Positions 9,865 to 21,300 of a stretch of 64,000 bases of DNA are shown one piece after another (the first letter of the stretch is position 1; each line of letters begins with the position of its first letter). The translations under genes were made by a program, and so were the position numbers. The notes beneath the pieces were generated by a model. The model had not been told where the DNA came from. It saw nothing but the letters and a program-made list of their open reading frames with translations, and did not search any database. Source of the DNA: Azolla caroliniana (taxonomy: Eukaryota > Plantae > Polypodiophyta); contig JBHGNT010000011.1 of assembly GCA_043228905.1 (NCBI GenBank), positions 13,020,001-13,084,000 on the forward strand, in the 5' to 3' direction.

Positions 9865-10400
9865 TGAGTGTTATGTTTTGAGTCTAGACTTCAAGTTAGC
9901 TAGAAATGTTATTATATGTTGGAAAATCAATGCAACTTGAGTGATACTCATGGATGGTAAGCGAAACTATTGTTATTTAATGTCATGGTAATACAAAATT
10001 TTCTTTATGGAGTAGAAATGTGGAGAGGCACTATCTCTCTTAATGCATGGAATGAGATTGAGAAGATTCAAAAGATGTTTTTAAGGAAGCAATTGGGAGC
10101 TAAACCCACCACCTCCTATCAAGTTATGGTCTTGGAAAAATGTGTTTGATCAATAGAGATATTAATGCTATAGAGAGCATATAAATACATTACAAACGTC
10201 AAGAATTTGCCAAATCATAGATTACCACATCTTGCTTGGACCGTTGGATGTAAACTACAAAAGAATCACAAAAGAAAAATTCTCTCATCTGGTTGGGTAA
10301 TTGACATAAAAAATGATTCAAAAGATGAGATATGGAAGATCTCTTAGAGTTTTAAGTGATACTATGAAAAATGTAGTTATTGAGGAAAGATTAATGGTAC
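9865..10400 (+). mobile_element. Degenerate LINE (non-LTR) ORF2 C-terminal fragment
   Basis: Translation with stops: AKLLLFNVMVIQNFLYGVEMW..NEIEKIQKMFLRKQLG..NLPNHRLP, typical of the post-RT region of non-LTR elements. Confidence 0.7.
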
Positions 10401-10699
10401 TGTTGGAAATGGGGTCGTGAGTGGAAGGATCTGCAACACCACATTGTATGCTAATAGACAATAGTTTGATGGATATGAAACAATGAAGGGTGAAAGCATG
10501 TGAATGGAAACACTATTATAGCTAACATGTAGCTAAAATGACCACAGTTAAGTATTTTTTTATAGCTAATTTTTAGTGAGAAAATCTTAAAGATACATAT
10601 AATTTATTATGGGGATGGAAATATTACCATTTATGATACATAGGGCTCCTTTAGTCGCGTCATACACAACTACATATGTAGCTTTGTTGTCAAGGTAGT

Positions 10700-11405
10700 C
10701 GTACCCTCCTAAAGTTTTGACCTCCATGAGATAACTCCATGCCCGAATCGGAAGAGGTATTTGGATGATGTCAACTTTCAACTCTCCAAACAGTTGATAA
10801 AGTCTGATTCGGTATATCCAACTAAGCCTAAAGGTTTGTTCGGTCCAAAGTGGATGCCAAAGTCTTTTGTGCAAACTAGATATTTGAAGTTATGCTTTAT
10901 TGCATTCTAGTGTGTTCGACCGGGATTGTGCATGAATCTGCTTATGACTCCTACCGCATGCACTATGTCTGGTCATGTCGCGACCATAGCATACATTAAA
11001 GAGCCAAAAACCGGTGCATACGGTACCGACTTCATGTGATCCCCCTCCGGACAGGATGTCGGGCAGTCACTCTAAGACAACTGAAGATTGGCAGGTAGTG
11101 GGGTCAAAGCAGATCGAGCCGACTGCATGTTGAATCCCTCCAGAATTCTTTGGATGTAGTCAACCTGAGATAGGAACAACTATTTATGAGCACTATGCCA
11201 ACTAATCTTCATTCGGAGAATATGTCTCGCAAGACCCAAGTCCTTCATAGCAAACTTCAATCATAGTTGCCGAACGAGTTCGGCAAGTTGTTTGGCATTT
11301 TGGCCGGAGAGCAACATATCATTCACGTAGAGGATGAGGAAGATGGGTGACCCTTCTTGTGCATTCTTCTAATAGAGATAGTGGTTCTCATCACTCTGAG
11401 AAAAT
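10700..11405 (-). pseudogene. Copia RT/RNase H remnant
   Basis: The minus strand reads LYVNDML (decayed YVDD), VPYAPVFGSLMYAMV..PDI, LVGYTESD and GVISWRSK. Confidence 0.75.
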
Positions 11406-11409
11406 TCGA

Positions 11410-12507
11410 TCAATTGTATAAAATCGTCGAATTTTTGCCATCCGACCGCAGGCACTTGATCTTCCTCTCCGTTTCCCGTTCAACTAAGCTTTGAAGGTTC
11501 CAGAAACATTTGAAGACTTCGCTCTTCCTCTCAATGAGGTAAATCCATGTGTGTCGGCTATAGTTGTCGATGAAGGAGCCAAAATACCGACTCCCGCCAA
11601 GACTAACGTTTTGTGTCGGTCCCCATACATCCGAATGGATTAGATCGAGCTTGTTATGGGTTCGGTTTCGTTCGGTGGGGAATGGAAGCCGGTGTTGCTT
11701 CCCGAGTTGGCAGGCTTCAGATATTTGGGCCTTCCGACCATTGAATTTTGGCAAACCGAACACAACATGTTTCGATTGCAGGTCCTGAAGCCTTCAGTAA
11801 TTGACGTGGCCAATCCGCTTATGCCAAAGATCGATGTCTGATTCAATCTTCTGTCCTTTTGCAAACATAGCGGTGTTGACGTCATTAGTGTTGAGGATGA
11901 ACATCCTCCCTTCTCTATGTCCTTGTGCAATTATCCGGCCTTCTTCCTCAATGAAGCATCCGAGGTGCGTAAACCGCACCTGCATCCCATGGTCGACGAT
12001 TTGTCCAACCGACACTAGGTTCTTTGTGATAGTCGGAACGTGTAGTACGTTCATCATCTTTCCCTTTTGTTCGACATGGCTTAAAGGGACTTCTCTGACA
12101 TGCACAATCGGGTGAGGGGTGTCGTCTCCGGTTTCGACAATCCCCGGTTGTTCCGGCTTCTCCAAAAAAGAGAACCACTCTTCATGGCTTGTCATGTGGT
12201 TGGACGCTCCAAAATCAACGTAGCATACTTCCTCCGATCTGGAAGTGGTCTTCTTCATCGAGTTCGCCTTGTGCTTCATCACGAAGGCTAGCCCTTTTCC
12301 GGTCTTCTCGGTTCCAGATCCTTCCGATCCTTCTGCGTAGTGCGAGCTTTGCCGGTTTCCTTGTCTGGTTTTGCCGGATCAGGATTTATCCAAATCGGCA
12401 CGCTTCTTCTAGCACTCGCTTTCTCGGTGGCCTTTCTTGCCACAGTACCAACATTTCATATTGGTCTTCAATTGCCGGTTTCCGGCTCCAATTTGACTTC
12501 CTCTACT
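11410..12507 (-). pseudogene. Copia gag-knuckle/protease/integrase remnant
   Basis: Contains CWYCGKKGHRESEC, VDFGASNHM, LWHKRIGH, HSDVWGP, FIDNYSR and KCLRSDG, with stops and frameshifts. Confidence 0.88.
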
Positions 12508-13020
12508 TGTGGAGGGTTTAGGGTTCCACAATGCAAATGGAAGATTAAACAGAAAAATTAGAATGCACTTACACAATCAAACGAGGGGACACCAAATATT
12601 AGTGTGAAACCCCAATCAAGAAAAAAACCATGGGAGTTCACAAACTCCGAACAGGATCATTATAGAAAGAGGTACTACAAAGCGAGGCTCAGAGGCAACG
12701 ACTTCAAGCTCTGTATCTTTGTCAAACGGTGGTTACAACAGAAATGACTTTCTGTATCTCACTCTCTCTTTGTCTCTGTCTCTCACTATACAACAACAAC
12801 AATAATACCAACTACTCAGTATAACAGTATTGCCCTAGTTATATTTATACTTATATAACTTTGGGGGCTATTTACAAATATGACCTCAATAGTCACATCG
12901 GAACATATTTACTAATATGTCCGACTGGATACCTTCTGAATCCATCCGATCCAGCTCATTCCTTCGACTCGTCCTATCCGGCTCATCCGGATCCCGTCCA
13001 GAGGGACCGGTTTGCCAACA
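12508..13020 (-). mobile_element. Solo-type Copia LTR related to the LTR at 5118-9343
   Basis: TGTGG...CCAACA ends and shared internal motifs. No adjacent PBS; the flanks (CTACT/GAAAG) do not form a TSD. Confidence 0.7.
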
Positions 13021-13365
13021 GAAAGTGGCAGAAGTCCGCAAGTTGGAGAGCTATGCGGAGGCATCACAGGATGCCAAATGGCGATCGGCCATGGAGGAAG
13101 AAATGTAGGCACTTGATGCCAACAAGACATGGGACTTGGTTTACAAACCAATTAGATGCAAATGGGTGTACAAAGTAAAGTACAACACAGACGGTTCAAT
13201 CAACCGGTATAAAGCCTGATTGTTGACCAACGGCTACGCGTAGACCCACGACATCAACTATGATGAGACCTTCATACCAGTGGTGAAGATGGCGACAATC
13301 CGTGTGGTGATGGCGGCAACAACGGCAAGGGGGTGGCATCTCCACTAGATGGATGTTAAGAACGA

Positions 13366-13579
13366 TGTCGTGGAGGATTCCGGCCTGTTGAGAGTCGAAC
13401 TCAACTTCTCATAGTAATAGGTTTCACACTAGCTCATGGACATACCAAGCTAGTGTTGTAAATAGTAGAAAGGGCACTTACCGTAGCTTAGTTGGTATTT
13501 AAACCAACCCCTTGTAACTTAGTTACTATTGGACGTATTTTGGTTAATGTAATATACAGTCTTTTATCTCTATCTTAAG

Positions 13580-13613
<34 letters not shown>

Positions 13614-15499
13614 GTGTGTTTTGCCTTACGTGCGTACACACACACACATAGTCCTTCCGCTGCATCTCAGCCACTCTTACTCCTCATTTTCTTTACATGG
13701 TATCAAAGTGTGTGGTTGATTAATTGAATCTATACAACTGTGTTGTGGTACACGTCGACGATCAACAGAACCGGCTCATCAACAGAGAAGAAATCGACAT
13801 AATGAACACTAAGATGGGAAGCGCTCTTCCTACCGAGAAGCTTGACAAAACGAACTTCGCATCTTGGGAATACAAGATGCATCAATACCTTGTCGGACAA
13901 GATTACTGGAGCTACATTGAAGGAGCTCACGAAACTCAACCCAACCCAACACGCACCGACTATCCCACTTGGGAGCAGGCCGCAAGCTGTGTGTTGTATT
14001 GCCTTGCATCATGCGTTCATGATCATATGCTTGGCTATATTCGAGATTCAAAAACACTGAAAGAAGCTTGGGGAAACCTCAAGAAGATTTTTGCGGCCAA
14101 CACGGTTGCACGAAAGCTCCAACTTCGACAGGAGCTAAACAACATGCAACAGAGGGACATGTCAATCACAGGCTATACCTTAAAGATCAAGGAGTTGTGC
14201 AATGCCCTCGGTTCGATTAATGTCGTAATCGACGATGACGAGATGGTGCAAATATGCCTCGGTGGCGTAGCACCTCGATTTGGCTCAATTAGATCGGCCA
14301 TCCTTGCAAGGGAGAACCCTCCTTCATTTTTCGATCTCCAATCAATATTGTTGGTTGAGGAAAATCATGCTCGACAAAGGAGCAACGCACCAGAGAGTCA
14401 TATGCTCTACTCCCAGTCGGATGATAGAAGAAATTTCGGTCGTGGAAATAGAGGTCGATTCGAACAAGGCCGTAATGGTCGGTAGACTCAAGAGCGTAAC
14501 TTCCACCAATGGCAAGCAGACAGGAACGGTCCCAGAGAGTTCGGCAAAAGGGGGAGTCATCACACCGGACCAAGCAATCGTAACAGCCTGATCGAATGCG
14601 GGTATTGTGGAAAACACGACCACCATGACGAGGAGTTCCATAAAAAGGTACGAGAGTGCTCAACAACTCTTGCTCTCCTTCCACTGCATCTCAACCACTC
14701 TTGCTCCTCATTTTCTTTACACAACCACTAGGGGAAAAGTCTATCACATGCGTGTGAACAAGGGTGTGCAAAGATGCACACGAAAGGAATCTTTGTATAA
14801 AACAAGTGTAAATAAGAGAATATTAATAAGTACAAGACAGTGTAGTTAATAAGTACTCATGGGCCCACGGAAAGAGGGAGGAATGATAGGATTTGATGGC
14901 AGAAAATCATGGGAGGATCGCTGATAGAAACGACTGTCATAACTATTTTTGTAACCGACCCTCCTTGAGTTATAAAAGGAGGGGAGGGAGACTGTTTTGA
15001 GGATCGTCGTTTTAGGAGGGGAAGGTGTTGCCGAATTGGGTTCTTGAGTACTAGAGGTTTCCTATTCTACTCAGCCGATTAGTGGGTGTGAGGCCTCTGT
15101 TCGCGAAGGAAGCTCGTGTGCTCCCGACTAGAAGCTCACCAATCGGAGTGTTTGTTGAGCTCAAAGCTCTATTTTTCCAGCCTAAGGCCAACCTTGTGTT
15201 CTTTCATAGTATTTAATCGATTACTCGGTATTGTTGTGTCTGGTGTGCTGTGTGTGTGTGTGACTTTATTCTTGTCTATTTGGTTGTGTTCACAATCCTC
15301 TCTCTGTCTTTTGCGTCTGAGAAGGTGTTGTCTCTTTCCTCCTTTGTTTTGCGCATACCTACTTGAGCTTGTGAGCCCGTGAGCTCATCTTTCGGAATCT
15401 GGCAACAAGGCCGGATCATATACGGTTCTACAAGCTTCCTTCGGAAACCGAAGGAATAGAAATGAAGAATACAATTATGTAAAAGTAGCCTTCTGAACA
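13366..15499 (+). mobile_element. Gypsy-like LTR (probably solo) interrupting the Copia RT, itself interrupted at 13386-14721
   Basis: Starts TGTCGTG like the Gypsy LTR ending at 2054 and contains the same TATAAAAGGAGG motif (~14971). The right end is approximate. Confidence 0.55.
13386..14721 (+). mobile_element. Internally deleted Copia: 5' LTR (13386-13697), PBS (13698-13708), gag (13802-~14640), last ~50 bp of the 3' LTR
   Basis: LTR TGTTGAG...TCTTTACA; PBS TGGTATCAAAG; gag EKLDKTNFASWEYKM..LQLRQEL. The LTR 3' end recurs at ~14673-14721. Flanks CGGCC/CAACC look like a decayed TSD. Confidence 0.85.
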
Positions 15500-18328
15500 C
15501 TATGGTCCAACCCTCTCGATTTCAGTTGGAGTTGAACAAGTTGGCAATATTCTGGCTAAAGAAGTTGCTTTCTGGTCTCAAACACGCCCCACAAGCTTGG
15601 AACTCCAAAATCACGCAACGGTTGTGTAAGATGGGGTTTGAGATCTCCAATTCCGACTCTTCTTTGTTCCTTTGGAAAGGTCTGAATGGTCCAATGGGCA
15701 TATTGTTGTATGTGGATGACCTGGTCATCACCGGCCCTGACCTTGCCTAGATTAGCCAAGTAAAGTCCCAGCTATTAGATGCCTTTGAAATGAAGGACCT
15801 GGGGGACCTTCACTACTTCCTCATGATCGAAGTGATCCACACCCTCGACGACATATTGCTCGCTCAACGACATTATGTCTTGAATATGTTGTACAAGTTA
15901 GGGATGACAGATTGTCAATCCATCTCCACTCCTCTTGACAAAAACATGAAGCTTCATCCTGACTCAAACACGGCCTACGATGAGAAACGGTTCCGGCAAA
16001 TTGTCAGAAGCCTGATATACTTAACGGTCACTCAACTTGACCTTAGCTATCTAGTCAACGTGATAAATCAAGTCATGCAGAGACTGACAATCGAGCACCT
16101 TCAATACACACATCAAATATTGCGATATGTGAGCGGCATGAAGAATCGAGGACTACTGTACCAATACGACGTAGTCGGACAGTTAATCGGCTATACTAAC
16201 GCTAATTGGGCCGGAGACGTCACAGATCAACGGTCGACATCAGGGTTCATGTTCTCTCTCAGAAGCATGGTTGTAGCCTAGAGCAACAAGACGCAACCGA
16301 CAGTGGTCCTGTCGGGCATCGAGGCTGAGTATCGAGGAGCCACTATCACGGTTGTTGCAAGACTTACAGGTTGCGGGACTTACGGGTCACCGAAGGTAAG
16401 GAGAGAGTTGAAGAAGATGCCGGATCGACTGAAGGAGTCAAAACATCCAGTGGAGGTGGTAGAGTCAAGAAGGACAGAGCCAATTGGAAGAAAAAGGTTA
16501 GGATCAAGACATGGTCGGATGTGGTCAAGGGCTTGACGGAGGAGGACGAATTAGAGACAATCAATTCGGACAAGAGCGGGAACGAATCAGAGACAACCAA
16601 TTTGGTCAAGTGGTTTGATTCGGACGAGCCGAATTGCATGAAGACCAGGCAAACGAGAGGGCGACCAAAGTTGATACCGAAACAAAGGAGGCCGAAGAGC
16701 CCGAAACCATATAGGTCGAGAAGTGTGTGCTAGGAGACAAGCTAGCAGGAGGAGGCGAGGTGAGGAACCGGCAGAGCAGGAGGAACCTCAAGTTGAGCTC
16801 GAGGGTGAGAGTTGAGAAGCAAGCTCAACATGGGTTGGAGAGCCAGCAGGCCGTTAAAGGCCTACGCACCTAGTTTAGTAGGTAGTTATAGTGTTAGGGG
16901 CCTACATTCCTATGCTAGTAAATAGGAATATTATGGGCCGAGTTAGTGTCAGGTTCATTCACGTGCATTAAAGTACTAATAGTACTTGTGTCAGCCCACA
17001 ATCAGGGCTTGTATAAAAAGTACTCTCTGAGCCAATTTGTATGAAGAAAGCGTATTATTCTGAATTGAGTTTTTTCGGTCTTTTGCTCTCTTTGTCTCTC
17101 CTATTCTCTGAGTAGTATCTCTGTGTTTTCTTAAGTTTTGTCTTCTGTTATTGTTCGACTGAGTTGGTTGTGTTCTATTTAGCTTCCACACGTTAATCTT
17201 TACATGGACTATTAGGGCACCTCATCTACAATAGGCTTCAATTGTCTATATAATTCATTAGCAAGGTCAAATCCATCCATGTGTAGTTCCTTATATATAA
17301 TGCAAAAACAATTTAGTTCATGTGAATAGATGAAGAAAAACTTCCATTAAATTTATATGAGAAACTTTAGTAATTTGTAAGTATAGTATCGAGCCTTCTC
17401 TAAGAGTTAAGAGTGGCAAGTGAATACATGAGGTGTAACTTGTGTGCCTACAACTACAAACTTGTGATGTAAAGAATGAACACATTTAATAATTAAGGTG
17501 ATAAATATTCAATACCACTATTAGGGACCCTTAAATGTAAATGAATTGTAAAGTGACTACATACCCTAAAAATAAATGTCGAAACGCTAAAAAAGAAAGA
17601 AGTCGAAGAAGAAGAAAACTAAAAAGAAAGAAGTTGAAGAAGAAAAGAAAAGTCAATGAGAAAGTTTTAAACTATACACCCATCACATTCTAAGGGTAAC
17701 TCTAACTAGTAGGCCATTCACTTTTAATAATATTATTATTCACTTTACTACTTTTAATTTTTTAAAGTTAGTCATGACAAGCTTTGAGTCGGGCTCCTCA
17801 TGACAGAGGTTGTCATACAGTTGGGCTCCTAGTGATAGAGGCTGTCAAAAAGTCAAGCTCCTGGTGACAGACGTCGTCAGCTTTTTATCCACATTAGATG
17901 ATGTAGATTGCATGTGCCCCCAATTGAGCGACCTGCACAGTCCGTGTCCGCGATTCCCTCATTTAGCCTCTTTAATATTTGGTAGTCGTTAGACACGAGC
18001 ATGCATGCATACATACATATCTATCTATCTAGTATCTATCTATATACACGTACATACATGATACATACATACATACATACATACATATCGATAGACTATG
18101 TATATATATACTCTTGTTATAGCCTTTACTCCTCTGTTTTTCGCTATCACTCTAACTTTAGCTTACTTTAGCTTTCTTCTACTTCTTAATAGTTAAAATC
18201 TCAATCTCTCTTTCTCTCTCTGGCACAGAGTATCAGTAAAACCCTGATTTTTGAATCAACCCATATGAGAACAGAGTGCTCCAGCATCGATTTTACAAGA
18301 GAACAATTCCCATGGTAATGTGGTATCC

Positions 18329-21300
18329 ATGGAAACCTCTGATCCTCATCAACACCGTTGTTGCTTTATGACAGAAACAGAAAAAGGTGAAGGTTCCCGC
18401 AAAATCCCGACGCTTATTCCAGGTGAGGCTATCTCGAAGAAGCGTGGGAGGAGGAGCACATCAGAAAACGATGCTGAAAGTGAGAGGGATGTAGAGACTT
18501 TTGACGCTCAGAATTCCATTTTTCTCAACCCTAAGTCGAAAAGAGGTAGGAAACGTTCGATAAGTTATCATGAAGAAGAAGAGGAGGAGGAGGAGGAGGA
18601 GGAGAAGGAGGAAGAAGAAGATGTTTGCTTTGTTTGTTTTGATGGAGGTGACTTAATCCTCTGCGATATGAGGTTAGTTGCTTGGTCCACATACATTCAT
18701 GTCTTTAATAAACTAGTACGAAAAACATAGATTTATGCACACACGTATATACAAGTAATATATGTAATGAATTTGTATGTGCATGGCTATATCAACTTTA
18801 TACATAGATACTCCCATCAGGAGCTCTATTCGTGAAGTTTTGATTGGTGTTTAATGACCCTGTCAATTTTTTTTTGTTTCTACACTATCATGCAGTGATA
18901 CCATGTTATTGATAAATAGATTTCTAATATCTATACGTAATAACTCTATATTTATTGGAGCTGGTGAATTGTGAACCGTAAAGCATATATGACTGGTACA
19001 CTGCAAAATATTTAGATTTTAACATTTGTGCTCAAATTAGGAAACAGCAAGATGGACCTGTGCAAGCATGGTTGTTTGATACATTGTAAACGTATTGTGG
19101 GAATTAAACCTTACTCAATAGTTGTGCTTGAGATTATTCCTAAATGTAAGCATAAGACAAGGAATTCAATGATAGATGATAAAGAGGAAAAGAGAGAAAG
19201 AAGGGTGCTACTCGTTGTTATTTGAGACCTCAACAATGGGTTTTTTCTCAATATGTTCAAAATGGTTCAAATTTTTATGTTATTGGGAACTACAACACAA
19301 TTGGACTATGTAAAATGCATTCATGTTTGATAATAGACATAGGGTGTAAGCCTATATAAAGAAGCTGAAAGGTACATGTGGAATTTTTGGATGTTAGAGC
19401 ATGTGGGGATCATTTCCTCAAATGCATATTCAAGTTTTTTAATGGCAATTACAGGACGTCCCTCTCCCTACAGGCATATGATAGGTAGAGTAAACTAAGA
19501 AGTGTTGTAACTAAGTGGATTTTACATACAATTAATATAATTGTGTGCTTTTACCAAAAGAAAGAAAGAAAGAAAGAAAGAAAGAAGGAATCCAATCCCC
19601 CCGACACCTCCGGGTGAAGGGATGGAAACACACTCGAGCCTTGATCGGCACCCCATATCACCGCCATGGCATCGAGTCGTACTTGGTATTGGCGGTCGCT
19701 CACCACAAGAGTCTATTCACCACAAGGTCATAGTCTCGACGTAGTCGAATAATGTGTGTCATGAGGGTAGTTAGGCCTCACATTTATAGCCAACCCTAAG
19801 TTCACTAGGAAAGTTCACACTTGGCCCTTATGGGATGTCTCATTTCCTAGGATTTCTTTACACTCTCGGTTAACCCTCACACTTTATCCTCGTGTGTAGA
19901 ATACTACATTACAAACTACCATGTGATAAACTATGGCCATGCCCATAACAAGTTGTCCAAACAACTCAGCTAATAACAACAATATTAATGTTTTAAGACA
20001 AGATGAATAAGGATGGTGGCTTGTGACCATGAGGTGGTGTTTTATGACTTTATGTGTAACAATTTTTTCTGTACTTGCTCCACCCCCGTGAACCCTCGAA
20101 ATTAGGACAATAGGAAATTGCATGGACCAGTGCGCAAATGGCCAATGGTTCCTAGATCAGAGGAGCTGAGGCCAGTTGGCCCCTATATCAGCATGTGGTC
20201 AGTCCAATAAGCAGTGGACTCAAATATACGAGAAGTTGTGCCTTAAAAAGGCAGTTTAGATTTTGCCCTCCATAAAGTCACTTAGAATTTATAAATGAGT
20301 CAGCTGAGCTAACTTTTCGAAGAGGTGACACATGACAGCATGAGCAAGATTTGTCTTATTGAAACGGAAATATTTTGATGGATAGCTCGAAATTCAGCTT
20401 TAGGGCTAGTGGAGAGTCGTTTTAGAGTGCTGCAATATGCAACTGTCATATCTGATTTTGATCTCTTTTTATTATGCTCAGTGAAGAGTACCTTGGAAGC
20501 TCTGAATGCAGGTTTTATTTAAATTTTAGTGGTTTGAAAATCTGAACTGGTGTTTTACCACCTTTGGAAGTTTCACATGCCAGTTTCAGATTTACAAATG
20601 ACAATAGCCTTGAAGCATTTGAAACCATTATTCTTTTTATACTTTCTAAGTTTTTTTTGCCATATATAGATTCTAACATTCTCAAACTCAACATCCCTAA
20701 ATTTGGCTAAAAGCCCTGGGGGCAAAACCCAAAATTTTGTTGTTGTATCAAAGTAATTTTGTTAACATCCTAGTCATGATAATCCTTGGTTAACTTCTCG
20801 CAGAAATTGTCCAAAAGTGTATCATGCTGCCTGTACAGGAAGAGGGTCTGAATATTTCCTCAAAAAAGGGAAATGGCATTGTGGTATGTACATATCAAGG
20901 CATATGCGCAAAATTTAACATGTCATTTATAAGTAGTAATTCAAATTTCTGTGATTTATATATGACAGGCTGGCATGTTTGTGCATCATGCACAAAGAAG
21001 ACTGTCATACAATGCTATACTTGCCCAAATTCTTTTTGCAGCAGTTGTATTGGGAAAACCAAATTTATCCCTTTAAGGAAAGGAAAAGGATTATGTCAAT
21101 ATTGTATCCCACTTATCACCATGATTGAACAGAATTTGACAATCGATTCAGATGGAGTAAGCTTCTTAAAAGTATCTCTTTTATTATTATTCTTAAAGTG
21201 TCATGTTCCAATGATTATTATGTCTGTCCTGGAAAACATGAATGGAGTTTTAGGCTTTCTCTTGGTTATAAGCATAAGAAAATACATCTAAAATTCTTCC

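Larger units (their letters stand above)
13021..17204 (+). mobile_element. Copia RT-RNase H remnant with PPT and 3' LTR (16810-17204), interrupted at 13366-~15499
   Basis: KWRSAMEEEM..KWVYKVK..MDVKN (13021-13365) resumes as MVQP..GLKHAPQAW..LYVDDL..GYTNANWAGD..AEYRGA (15502-16345). A PPT-like gagggtgag precedes (t>a)gttgag; the LTR ends tctttaca. Confidence 0.85.

Noticed and set aside
19503-20060. Possible solo LTR in intron 1 of the NERD-like gene
   Set aside because: It starts TGTTG and has a minus-strand TATA-like motif, but no convincing CA end or TSD could be fixed.
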